A stretch of DNA of 64,000 nucleotides from Anaerolineales bacterium (GTDB taxonomy: Bacteria > Chloroflexota > Anaerolineae > Anaerolineales > JBHHUI01): NCBI GenBank assembly GCA_965248775.1, contig OZ252150.1, positions 4,900,027-4,964,026 of the forward strand. Reading direction: 5' to 3'. Every line of letters starts with the position of its first letter. Positions within the stretch are counted from its first letter, which is position 1. Shown piece after piece: positions 48,878 through 57,691 of the stretch. Both the position numbers and the translations under genes were made by a program. A model generated the notes under the pieces. It saw only the letters and a list, made by a program, of their open reading frames with translations, was not told the origin of the DNA and did not search any database.

Positions 48878-50140
48878 ATGGACGAAACGCCGGACGACGA
48901 AAACTTAAGCCCCGAAGACGATTTCGCCTTACTGATGGAAGCCGTCGACGATATTTCGATGCCAAAAGTCGGCGAATTACTTCAGGGCACTGTGATCAGC
49001 GTTGACACCGATGGTGCTGTGCTCGGCCTCGGCCAGAAGCGAGATGGCTTCGTTCCGCGTGCTGATTTAGATCGTGCGGACAAAGATTTATCTCCTGGTG
49101 ATAGCGTATCGGCAGTGCTCGTCTCGGTTAGAGGCCGCGATGGGCACCTCGAACTATCGGTCTATCAAGCTCGTCAAAACGAAGATTGGTTGCGTGCCGA
49201 AGCTTTGCTCGAATCTGGCGAGCTTTGGGTGACGAAAGTAAATGGATATAACCGTGGCGGCCTGATTGTTCCGTTTGGCGGTCTGCGCGGCTTTGTGCCT
49301 GCTTCGCACATCGCCGATCTGCCACGCGGTATTTCTGAAAATGATCGTCACAACCGTCTGATCGCTATGGTCGATGAAGAATTAGGCCTGAAAGTGATCG
49401 AGGTCGATCGTCTCCGTCACCGGCTTGTACTTTCGCAACGCGAAGCTCAGCGTGAATGGCGTGCTCGCCGGAAAGCAGAACTACTTGATTCATTAGAAGA
49501 AGGGCAAGTCCTCAAAGGCCTGGTTAGCGGACTACGGGAATTTGGGGCCTTCATCGATTTGGGTGGCGCGGATGGTCTGGTGCACGTTTCTGAACTGGCT
49601 TGGCAACGTGTGGAACATCCCCGCGAAGTTGTCCAAATTGGGGATGAGATTGATGTCATGGTCATCCGGGTTGACATCGAACGAAATCGCATTGGCCTGA
49701 GTCGCAAGAGGTTGCAGGCCGACCCCTGGGAGGGCGTCGAAGAGCAATACGTCGTCGGCCAAGAGTTGAACGGAACGGTCACTCGCCTTGCCCCATTCGG
49801 TGCATTTGTGGAACTGGGCGATGGCATCGAAGGTCTTTTACATAGTAGTGAAATCCCGGAAGATTTGACCCATGTGGTTCAACTTGGCGTCGAACTTCGA
49901 TTGCGAATTGGGAATGTAGATGCAAATCGACAGCGCATCGGTCTGAGCCTGCAGGGAATGGGCGAGTCGGAAGCGGGGGAAGATAGCTCCGAGACCGAAA
50001 GCTCGGATAGTGACGAGTCAGCGCTGCAGTCTGAAACCTCCGACGCCGTTCCGGAGGCGGGGGGTGAGAATGCCCCTCACTGGGAAAGGTATGCAGAAGA
50101 ATATGAAGAATCTAATGAAGATGATTGGGAAGGGGGGTGA
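48878..50140 (+). CDS. rpsA: 30S ribosomal protein S1 (four S1 domains, acidic C-terminal tail)
   Basis: Repeated S1 motifs (GELLQGTVISV..., GELWVTKVNGYNRGGLIV..., GQVLKGLVSGLREFGAFIDL..., GQELNGTVTRLAPFGAFVEL...). Confidence 0.9.
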   Translation: MDETPDDENLSPEDDFALLMEAVDDISMPKVGELLQGTVISVDTDGAVLGLGQKRDGFVPRADLDRADKDLSPGDSVSAVLVSVRGRDGHLELSVYQARQNEDWLRAEALLESGELWVTKVNGYNRGGLIVPFGGLRGFVPASHIADLPRGISENDRHNRLIAMVDEELGLKVIEVDRLRHRLVLSQREAQREWRARRKAELLDSLEEGQVLKGLVSGLREFGAFIDLGGADGLVHVSELAWQRVEHPREVVQIGDEIDVMVIRVDIERNRIGLSRKRLQADPWEGVEEQYVVGQELNGTVTRLAPFGAFVELGDGIEGLLHSSEIPEDLTHVVQLGVELRLRIGNVDANRQRIGLSLQGMGESEAGEDSSETESSDSDESALQSETSDAVPEAGGENAPHWERYAEEYEESNEDDWEGG

Positions 50141-50146
50141 TATTGT

Positions 50147-50341
50147 ATGGCGACTGTAAAACTACAGCCTAACGAATCACAGGAACAGTTGCTCAAACGC
50201 TTTCGCAAGAAAGTAGTGAAGAGTGGCATTCTGAGCACGGTACGACGCAAGCGTTGGTTTATTTCCAAGAGCGAATTACGCCGTATCCAGAAAAAGAAAG
50301 CTATTCGGCGCATCAAGCGCCGCACAAGGCGCTTTAATTGA
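50147..50341 (+). CDS. rpsU: 30S ribosomal protein S21
   Basis: MATVKLQPNESQEQLLKRFRKKVVKSGILSTVRRKRWFISKSELRRIQKKKAIRR. Confidence 0.92.
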   Translation: MATVKLQPNESQEQLLKRFRKKVVKSGILSTVRRKRWFISKSELRRIQKKKAIRRIKRRTRRFN

Positions 50342-50381
50342 TATGAGCCGGTTGAAAATATCAATCGGGCGGAGAGAATGA

Positions 50382-50636
50382 ATGGCTAAGGAAGAAAAAA
50401 TCGAAATGGAGGGCAAAGTCATTGAGGCTTTGCCGGCAACTCAATTCAAGGTGGAATTGGACAATGGGCATGAGGTACTGGCGTATCTTTCTGGCAAGAT
50501 GCGAAAGTATTACATCCGTATCTTATTGGGCGATCGGGTAAAAGTTGAAATTTCGCCTTACGATCTGACACGCGGTCGCATCACGTTTCGCTACCGAAAA
50601 GATCAACACCAGCAACCTGCCAGTCCTACCAAATAG
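50382..50636 (+). CDS. infA: Translation initiation factor IF-1
   Basis: [71 protein letters not shown]. Confidence 0.97.
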   Translation: MAKEEKIEMEGKVIEALPATQFKVELDNGHEVLAYLSGKMRKYYIRILLGDRVKVEISPYDLTRGRITFRYRKDQHQQPASPTK

Positions 50637-50701
50637 GGTCGCTTATACCAATTCGATCTTCCGTATCCGTGCCTCAGGCGGACTACAAATACACTCTCAT
50701 C

Positions 50702-50734
50702 AGGCTGCTCCAAACTCTGGAGCAGCCTTTTTTT
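50702..50734 (+). terminator. Intrinsic terminator after infA
   Basis: aggctgctcc-aaactct-ggagcagcct followed by a T7 run. Confidence 0.85.
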
Positions 50735-50742
50735 AAAGCTAG

Positions 50743-52328
50743 CAGTTTGTCGGAGAGCAACCTGAGATAGCGAAATCGGTGATAATCTACGGGCATGGCT
50801 AGAAAATTCAAGAAACCCAATTACGAAGTGATGCTCAAACAGACAATCAGTCTGGAAGAAGCCCTGCCATCCAATCATTTGGCACGATTTGTGGTGGATG
50901 TTATCGCCCAGTTGGATTTGGGTATGATCTATGCACAATATGCACCGACGGGTGGTCAACCTATTGCGCCAGAGATCCTGTTGGGATTGCTCTTCTATGG
51001 TTATGCCAACGGGGTGTTCAGTTCTCGTAAGATTGAGAAAGCCACCTATGAGAGTATCCCATTCCGCTATATTGCCAGTGGGCTGCATCCTGACCACGAC
51101 ACAATTGCCAACTTTCGCAAAACCTTTCTGGCTGCGATCCAAGAGTTATTTGTGCAGATCTTGCTCCTGGCCCAAGTTGCTGAGGTGCTGAAGTTGGGTA
51201 ATATCAGTCTGGATGGTAGCAAGGTGCATGCTGATGCATCCAAGAGCAAAGCGGTCAGTTACAAGCGTCTGATAAAACTAGAGACCCAACTGCGCCAGGA
51301 AGTGAACAAACTCTTCGAACTCGGTGAGCAAGCTGATCAGGGTGATCTCCAGTTGCCGGAAGGGCTCGTCATTGAAGACGAAATTGCCATTCGCAAGAAA
51401 CGTTTGGCAAATCTGGCAGAAGCCAAAGCCGTCTTAGAAGCCCGTGCGCAGGAACGATATGAAGCCGAGAGGGCTGAATACGAAGCCAAACAGCGTGAGC
51501 GGGAAGAAAAGTCTCGCAAAACTGGGCATAAACCCCGAGGTCGCAAACCGAAACCACCGCAGCCGGGACCACGGGACAAAGATCAGTACAACTTCACTGA
51601 TCCGGACTCTCGCATCATGAAAAACAGCACCAATAATGGCTTCGACCAGCATTACAACGTTCAAGTTGCTGTGGAGCAGGAGAGCCTCTTGATTGTGGCG
51701 CCTTCACTTTCGAACCATCCGAATGACAAAAAAGAAGCTGAGCCAACCCTGGATGCCATCTCTCCAAAAGTAGGCAAACCAAAGGCTGCCGCTTTGGATT
51801 ATGGATATTTCAGCAAAGCGAACATCGCAGCACTTGAGAAGCTTGGCATTGATCCTTACATTGCTACCGGTCGCGAACCTCACCACAAAAGCTGGCGTAC
51901 CTTCTTTGAACAAATGCCTGCTCCGCCACCGGAAGATGCCAGTCCGAAAGTCAAGATGGCTTACAAACTACAAACCGAAATCGGCAAAGCCAGCTACCGT
52001 TTACGCAAATGCACAGTGGAACCCGTCATTGGTATCATCAAGGAAGTCCTGGGCTTCCGCCAGTTTTCTCTGCGCGGCCTGCTGGCAGCAGCCGGGGAAT
52101 GGTGTCTGGTCTGCCTAGCGTTCAACCTCAAACGCATGCACACCCTCTACCAAGCAAAGGGTTTGCTTTAGCCGGGGCTGCTTTGGCGCGCCTGCTACTC
52201 GCTGAGAGAAGGTGGTTTGCCCTCCATGAAATGCACACTGTTTTACGCTTGTTTTGTCGCAATCAACTGCTCATTTTGCCCTGTAGGGCTATTCATGTTG
52301 TAAAAGTACTTGTCTCTCCGACAAACTG
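50743..52328 (+). mobile_element. IS1182-family insertion sequence, copy A (1586 bp)
   Basis: The ends are cagtttgtcggagag... and ...ctctccgacaaactg. Flanked by ctag at 50739-50742 and 52329-52332. Confidence 0.85.
50795..52171 (+). CDS. IS1182-family (IS5-like) transposase (458 aa), copy A
   Basis: InsH-type N-terminus LPSNHLARFVVDVIAQLDL...PEILLGLLFYGYANGVFSSRKIE...DHDTIANFRK, a coiled-coil middle, and C-terminal ...CTVEPVIGIIKEVLGFRQFSLRGL...NLKRM. Confidence 0.8.
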   Translation: MARKFKKPNYEVMLKQTISLEEALPSNHLARFVVDVIAQLDLGMIYAQYAPTGGQPIAPEILLGLLFYGYANGVFSSRKIEKATYESIPFRYIASGLHPDHDTIANFRKTFLAAIQELFVQILLLAQVAEVLKLGNISLDGSKVHADASKSKAVSYKRLIKLETQLRQEVNKLFELGEQADQGDLQLPEGLVIEDEIAIRKKRLANLAEAKAVLEARAQERYEAERAEYEAKQREREEKSRKTGHKPRGRKPKPPQPGPRDKDQYNFTDPDSRIMKNSTNNGFDQHYNVQVAVEQESLLIVAPSLSNHPNDKKEAEPTLDAISPKVGKPKAAALDYGYFSKANIAALEKLGIDPYIATGREPHHKSWRTFFEQMPAPPPEDASPKVKMAYKLQTEIGKASYRLRKCTVEPVIGIIKEVLGFRQFSLRGLLAAAGEWCLVCLAFNLKRMHTLYQAKGLL

Positions 52329-52335
52329 CTAGGGG

Positions 52336-53310
52336 TTGAAAATGAACCAATTATCAACCCAAATTCGATTTGCGATCTTCGCCTTGCTTTGCAGCGCGTT
52401 AGCCTATAATTTGCCTTCTCAAGCTCAGTCAACCGAGATTCCGGCCTCGCCGGCCACAGAAGTTCCCGTCGAGTCTGAGCCATCCGAGACGTCCAATCCC
52501 ACTGCGACCGCCGATCCGACGGAACCCGTATCCCAGCCAACAGAAACCCAATCAGAAGAACGTGATCTTCGACAGTTCGGAGTCATATTGGTTACCGAGG
52601 ATGATGTTTTAAACGTTCGGAGCGGTGCAGGTGTGGAGAATGAAATTGTAGATACCCTAGAGCCACGAGCGACCGGTATCAAGCAGTCTGGAAATCAGGA
52701 GCGGGTTGGTGATTCCCTTTGGGTGGAGGTAAATCTCGCGGGTGGCGAAACGGGCTGGGTCAATAGTCGTTTTCTGACCAGACAGGTTTCTGAAGATATC
52801 TTTTGCAATGAACCGGCTGTTCGAGAGCTATTGCAGAACTTTGTCCTAGCAGTTCGTGCTGAGGATGGCGATGCTATGCAAGAACTTGTCAGCCCCAAAA
52901 CAGGTTTGCTCGTCAGACTCGCATGGTGGAATAGCGAAGTCGCCTTCTTAGAACCGGGCGTGCGCGGGAATATAATCGAGCAGGAGAGATCCCATGATTG
53001 GGGAGTGCAATCCGGTAGTGGCGCTCCGCTGATAGGTTCATTCTCTGAAAGAGCTTTGCCCGACCTGCATGACGTATTGGATGGAGACTTCAGCCGCAAT
53101 TGCAATACGCTTGAGCATGGGGTTGCGTCTGGGAATACAGCGGGTCTTGTGATCTGGCCTTTCGAATATACAAATGTGAATTATATTGCGCTTTATCGCG
53201 AAGCTGCTTCGGGAGACGAGTTCAACTGGCGCACGTGGGCGGTGGGTATCGAATACCTGCGTGGAGAACCGTTCATTGCCATGCTTGTGCAGTATCAGTG
53301 GGAGCCATAA
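52336..53310 (+). CDS. Secreted protein with a bacterial SH3-like domain
   Basis: Signal peptide MNQLSTQIRFAIFALLCSALAYNLPSQA and a low-complexity linker. SH3b-like VTEDDVLNVRSGAGVENEIVDTL...GDSLWVEVNLAGGETGWVNSRFL. The likely start is the ATG at 52342. Confidence 0.65.
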   Translation: MKMNQLSTQIRFAIFALLCSALAYNLPSQAQSTEIPASPATEVPVESEPSETSNPTATADPTEPVSQPTETQSEERDLRQFGVILVTEDDVLNVRSGAGVENEIVDTLEPRATGIKQSGNQERVGDSLWVEVNLAGGETGWVNSRFLTRQVSEDIFCNEPAVRELLQNFVLAVRAEDGDAMQELVSPKTGLLVRLAWWNSEVAFLEPGVRGNIIEQERSHDWGVQSGSGAPLIGSFSERALPDLHDVLDGDFSRNCNTLEHGVASGNTAGLVIWPFEYTNVNYIALYREAASGDEFNWRTWAVGIEYLRGEPFIAMLVQYQWEP

Positions 53311-53339
53311 CTCTATATATGGCTATATTCATGTTAATT

Positions 53340-53372
53340 AAAACAGCCGCCCATTTTGAGGCGGCTGTTTTG
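53340..53372. terminator. Bidirectional intrinsic terminator between convergent genes
   Basis: aaa-acagccgcc-cattttga-ggcggctgt-ttt. Confidence 0.8.
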
Positions 53373-53389
53373 ATTTAGAAGGTTATACG

Positions 53390-54004
53390 TCAGTGTGAAA
53401 GTTCAACCGCTGCGACGATGTTTTCAAACGATCCACTCGATTCGTCAAACAACTTCTCATCCGCACTCAATGTTAAGACCCAATATTGTGTCGGCGTGTA
53501 GATAATATACTCCAGCGTATGTACCACCACCGGCAACGATGCGCGGAAAGGCTCGTCGATTGGATTTATTACATAGGCGTATTCGAGCACGGCTGTGTCC
53601 GCGCCCTGAATTGTTCGATTATCCAATGCAAGTAATTGAAAGCTGGTCAGGTTTTCTGTGTAATTTTCTATGAGCCGGTCAACGACGGAACTAAGGGCTA
53701 CAGGATTATCTGGGTCGAGCAACCGCGAGTATAGCCCCAGGCGAGATTTGTAAGCTGAATCCGCGCGCGAGTCGATTGCTGCCAGGTCAATAGCAGTGTC
53801 CTCTTCCAATGCCGGAATCCACGTCGCTGGTATTTCGAGCTGCAGGCCGGAAATATCATCCGAAAGCGTTTGTTTCTCATTGAGCAGCGTCCCACGGTAT
53901 ATCCATCCGCTGACGAGTGCGACAAGGACGACCAGGAGCACCAATCCATCAGAGCGACGGTCCTGCCAGACTGCAGAGCGCTGCGTATCCACATTTGCAG
54001 TCAT
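53390..54004 (-). CDS. Hypothetical membrane-anchored protein (204 aa)
   Basis: Start chosen at the ATG that overlaps the PrsW-like stop (ATGA). One N-terminal TM helix (GLVLLVVLVALVSGWIY). No recognised family. Confidence 0.5.
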   Translation of the reverse strand: MTANVDTQRSAVWQDRRSDGLVLLVVLVALVSGWIYRGTLLNEKQTLSDDISGLQLEIPATWIPALEEDTAIDLAAIDSRADSAYKSRLGLYSRLLDPDNPVALSSVVDRLIENYTENLTSFQLLALDNRTIQGADTAVLEYAYVINPIDEPFRASLPVVVHTLEYIIYTPTQYWVLTLSADEKLFDESSGSFENIVAAVELSH

Positions 54005-54945
54005 GGCTGGGCTCCTTCCGCTGCAGCTGCATCGGCCGCGAGGGTGCGGGTGATGGCACGGCGCATCAGCCAGATCAAGGCGCCAAATGTAATTGCCGAG
54101 ATCACGAAGGCGAAGATGAGCCCGCGCACTGGCTCCACATCTAAGCCTGCTGCGTTTATCTCGCCGACTAGCCAGAGGAACAATCCATTGAGCACCGCCG
54201 ATAAACTCAGCCCCGCAGGCATCCACCAATGTGGTTCATCAACAAACTTCATCTCGCCGAGGAAATAGCCCGTCAATCCGCCGAAGGTGCCTTGTGCGAG
54301 CGCCGTGACGACGACATGAATAACGCCAAGGCCAAGATCGGCACCGCCTGAATCGATGATGAAGCGCAGATTGAGCATGGTTGCAACTCCAAGCCCGGCA
54401 GCGGTTCCATAGACGATACCGTCCAAACGTTCATCGAATTCGTCCGTTGGATAGATGGTAGTGCGTACCGAAATGTATTTGATAAATTCGAGGGTGAAGC
54501 CGATTACAAGAATGGATCCCACCAGTGCACTCAAGTTGTTGATAGGCAACCATGCTTCGATGTCAAACAAGTCCAGGAGCAAACGACGGCCGACCACATC
54601 GGTGAGTAGCGCGCTCAAGACGAAGACCGCACCCACGTAGTGGTGTGGCCCTGGTTCCAGTCGATCCTGGAAGTAGAAGAATCCCAACCAGAGAAACGCG
54701 GGGATGATGGCCAGCAATAAGCCGAGCATGATGAGCGCCGACTCAGATAAATCAGACGGTATTGAGTTCGCTCCCAGCGCGACGATGACTGTAAATGCAA
54801 CCAACGCAATCAAGTTTATGATGCCCGTGCGCCAAAGACCACGGTTCGTGCGTGTCGCGTGTTCGAAGTGATCATCACAATATGGACGGGCGCCGAGGTG
54901 ATGCCGGGCCGGTTTTTCGCAGACACAGCAGATCTCGTCAGCCAT
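54001..54945 (-). CDS. PrsW-family intramembrane protease with an N-terminal Cys-rich zinc-ribbon-like segment
   Basis: MADEICCVCEKPARHHLGARPYCDDHF, then multi-TM with ...FLWLGFFYFQDRLEPGPHH...DEFDERLDGIVYGTAAGLGVA... The family call is from pattern memory only. Confidence 0.6.
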   Translation of the reverse strand: MADEICCVCEKPARHHLGARPYCDDHFEHATRTNRGLWRTGIINLIALVAFTVIVALGANSIPSDLSESALIMLGLLLAIIPAFLWLGFFYFQDRLEPGPHHYVGAVFVLSALLTDVVGRRLLLDLFDIEAWLPINNLSALVGSILVIGFTLEFIKYISVRTTIYPTDEFDERLDGIVYGTAAGLGVATMLNLRFIIDSGGADLGLGVIHVVVTALAQGTFGGLTGYFLGEMKFVDEPHWWMPAGLSLSAVLNGLFLWLVGEINAAGLDVEPVRGLIFAFVISAITFGALIWLMRRAITRTLAADAAAAEGAQP

Positions 54946-54976
54946 GCAGTGTTCTCCGTATCACTAAGCTTCCTAG

Positions 54977-55186
54977 CAGTTTGTCGGAGAGACAAGTACT
55001 TTTACAACATGAATAGCCCTACAGGGCAAAATGAGCAGTTGATTGCGACAAAACAAGCGTAAAACAGTGTGCATTTCATGGAGGGCAAACCACCTTCTCT
55101 CAGCGAGTAGCAGGCGCGCCAAAGCAGCCCCGGCTAAAGCACACCCTTTGCTTGGTAGAGGGTGTGCATGCGTTTGAGGTTGAACG
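54977..55186 (-). mobile_element. 210-bp fragment of the IS1182-family element (right end only), abutting copy B
   Basis: Identical by eye to the first 210 nt of copy C as read on the + strand (57692-57901), including the copy-C-type variant (gcacaccc). It ends at the element's internal ctag, where copy B begins. Confidence 0.85.
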
Positions 55187-55190
55187 CTAG

Positions 55191-56776
55191 CAGTTTGTCG
55201 GAGAGCAACCTGAGATAGCGAAATCGGTGATAATCTACGGGCATGGCTAGAAAATTCAAGAAACCCAATTACGAAGTGATGCTCAAACAGACAATCAGTC
55301 TGGAAGAAGCCCTGCCATCCAATCATTTGGCACGATTTGTGGTGGATGTTATCGCCCAGTTGGATTTGGGTATGATCTATGCACAATATGCACCGACGGG
55401 TGGTCAACCTATTGCGCCAGAGATCCTGTTGGGATTGCTCTTCTATGGTTATGCCAACGGGGTGTTCAGTTCTCGTAAGATTGAGAAAGCCACCTATGAG
55501 AGTATCCCATTCCGCTATATTGCCAGTGGGCTGCATCCTGACCACGACACAATTGCCAACTTTCGCAAAACCTTTCTGGCTGCGATCCAAGAGTTATTTG
55601 TGCAGATCTTGCTCCTGGCCCAAGTTGCTGAGGTGCTGAAGTTGGGTAATATCAGTCTGGATGGTAGCAAGGTGCATGCTGATGCATCCAAGAGCAAAGC
55701 GGTCAGTTACAAGCGTCTGATAAAACTAGAGACCCAACTGCGCCAGGAAGTGAACAAACTCTTCGAACTCGGTGAGCAAGCTGATCAGGGTGATCTCCAG
55801 TTGCCGGAAGGGCTCGTCATTGAAGACGAAATTGCCATTCGCAAGAAACGTTTGGCAAATCTGGCAGAAGCCAAAGCCGTCTTAGAAGCCCGTGCGCAGG
55901 AACGATATGAAGCCGAGAGGGCTGAATACGAAGCCAAACAGCGTGAGCGGGAAGAAAAGTCTCGCAAAACTGGGCATAAACCCCGAGGTCGCAAACCGAA
56001 ACCACCGCAGCCGGGACCACGGGACAAAGATCAGTACAACTTCACTGATCCGGACTCTCGCATCATGAAAAACAGCACCAATAATGGCTTCGACCAGCAT
56101 TACAACGTTCAAGTTGCTGTGGAGCAGGAGAGCCTCTTGATTGTGGCGCCTTCACTTTCGAACCATCCGAATGACAAAAAAGAAGCTGAGCCAACCCTGG
56201 ATGCCATCTCTCCAAAAGTAGGCAAACCAAAGGCTGCCGCTTTGGATTATGGATATTTCAGCAAAGCGAACATCGCAGCACTTGAGAAGCTTGGCATTGA
56301 TCCTTACATTGCTACCGGTCGCGAACCTCACCACAAAAGCTGGCGTACCTTCTTTGAACAAATGCCTGCTCCGCCACCGGAAGATGCCAGTCCGAAAGTC
56401 AAGATGGCTTACAAACTACAAACCGAAATCGGCAAAGCCAGCTACCGTTTACGCAAATGCACAGTGGAACCCGTCATTGGTATCATCAAGGAAGTCCTGG
56501 GCTTCCGCCAGTTTTCTCTGCGCGGCCTGCTGGCAGCAGCCGGGGAATGGTGTCTGGTCTGCCTAGCGTTCAACCTCAAACGCATGCACACCCTCTACCA
56601 AGCAAAGGGTTTGCTTTAGCCGGGGCTGCTTTGGCGCGCCTGCTACTCGCTGAGAGAAGGTGGTTTGCCCTCCATGAAATGCACACTGTTTTACGCTTGT
56701 TTTGTCGCAATCAACTGCTCATTTTGCCCTGTAGGGCTATTCATGTTGTAAAAGTACTTGTCTCTCCGACAAACTG
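55191..56776 (+). mobile_element. IS1182-family insertion sequence, copy B (1586 bp)
   Basis: Same ends as copy A. ctag at 55187-55190 and 56777-56780. Confidence 0.85.
55243..56619 (+). CDS. IS1182-family transposase, copy B
   Basis: Protein identical to copy A. Confidence 0.8.
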   Translation: MARKFKKPNYEVMLKQTISLEEALPSNHLARFVVDVIAQLDLGMIYAQYAPTGGQPIAPEILLGLLFYGYANGVFSSRKIEKATYESIPFRYIASGLHPDHDTIANFRKTFLAAIQELFVQILLLAQVAEVLKLGNISLDGSKVHADASKSKAVSYKRLIKLETQLRQEVNKLFELGEQADQGDLQLPEGLVIEDEIAIRKKRLANLAEAKAVLEARAQERYEAERAEYEAKQREREEKSRKTGHKPRGRKPKPPQPGPRDKDQYNFTDPDSRIMKNSTNNGFDQHYNVQVAVEQESLLIVAPSLSNHPNDKKEAEPTLDAISPKVGKPKAAALDYGYFSKANIAALEKLGIDPYIATGREPHHKSWRTFFEQMPAPPPEDASPKVKMAYKLQTEIGKASYRLRKCTVEPVIGIIKEVLGFRQFSLRGLLAAAGEWCLVCLAFNLKRMHTLYQAKGLL

Positions 56777-56780
56777 CTAG

Positions 56781-57223
56781 ATCTCAAGTTTCTCAAGGCG
56801 GAGTATAATTTCACGCACGGCTTTGCTAACTTTGTCGCACTCAAAGCCCTTCGATCTGATGCTTCTTCTTTCGTTCCCGACGACTTGGTTGCCGTCCAAT
56901 ACTCAAAGGGTAAAGAAAATCTGAAACCCATTTACGATCTTCTCATCCAAGAAGTCAGCAAGTTTGGTGGAGATGTAGAAATTGTGCCCAAGAAATCCAA
57001 TGTGAGCGTTCGGCGTAATAAGCAGTTCGCACTCATCCAACCATCCACCAAAACCAGAATTGATTTAGGTCTCAAGCTCAAGGGCAAAGAGATGACAGAG
57101 AGACTTGAAGGTTCAGGTATCTTTGGTTCAATCTGTACACATCGTATTCGCCTGACAGAAATCGATCAAATCGACACAGAACTCGCGAATTGGCTACAGG
57201 AAGCCTATGAAGCTGCCGGATAG
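56781..57223 (+). pseudogene. 5'-truncated DUF4287/DUF5655-like gene
   Basis: The reading frame runs straight out of the IS boundary (..DLKFLKAEYNFTHGFANFVALKAL...) into ...VEIVPKKSNVSVRRNKQFALIQPSTKTRIDLGLKLKG...ICTHRIRLT... No start codon or N-terminal ~40 aa is present. Confidence 0.6.
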
Positions 57224-57307
57224 GTTTTCAGGTACTCTCTGAGAGTTGAAGTGAATGTTATTCTCTTTCCAGGGCGATCAATGTGCCCAATAAGCCGAGA
57301 GGAATTT

Positions 57308-57691
57308 ATGAAGATTAAACTTACAAACGTCTTTGTGGATGATCAGGACGCGGCTTTCAAGTTCTATACGGAAATCCTGGGCTTCGAGAAGAAGCAGGAC
57401 TTTCCGGTTGGGCAATTTAAGTGGTTGACAGTTGTATCACCCGAAGAACCCGAAGGTACTGAGTTGCTCCTTGAGCCGAGTGAGAACTCCGCTGCCAGGA
57501 AATTCAAGAAGTCGATATTCGATCAAGGGATCGCCGCAGCTGCATTTTCCGTAGACTATATTCAAGCGGAGTATGAAAGACTGAAGCAGCTTGGCGTCGA
57601 ATTCAGCATGGAACCTACTGAGATGGGATCAGCAACGGTCGCCTTATTTGATGATACCTGCGGAAATCTCTTGCAAATTTATCAGGTCTAG
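57308..57691 (+). CDS. VOC-family (glyoxalase/bleomycin-resistance fold) protein
   Basis: MKIKLTNVFVDDQDAAFKFYTEILGFEKK...FSVDYIQAEYERLKQLGVEF...ALFDDTCGNLLQIYQ. Its TAG stop lies inside the ctag flanking IS copy C. Confidence 0.8.
   Translation: MKIKLTNVFVDDQDAAFKFYTEILGFEKKQDFPVGQFKWLTVVSPEEPEGTELLLEPSENSAARKFKKSIFDQGIAAAAFSVDYIQAEYERLKQLGVEFSMEPTEMGSATVALFDDTCGNLLQIYQV

Noticed and set aside
50603-51142. Minus-strand ORFs overlapping the start of each IS1182 copy (179 aa here, 205 aa at 54973-55590, 150 aa at 58878-59330).
   Set aside because: Their lengths differ between copies because they run into different flanks. They are antisense to the conserved InsH-type N-terminus.
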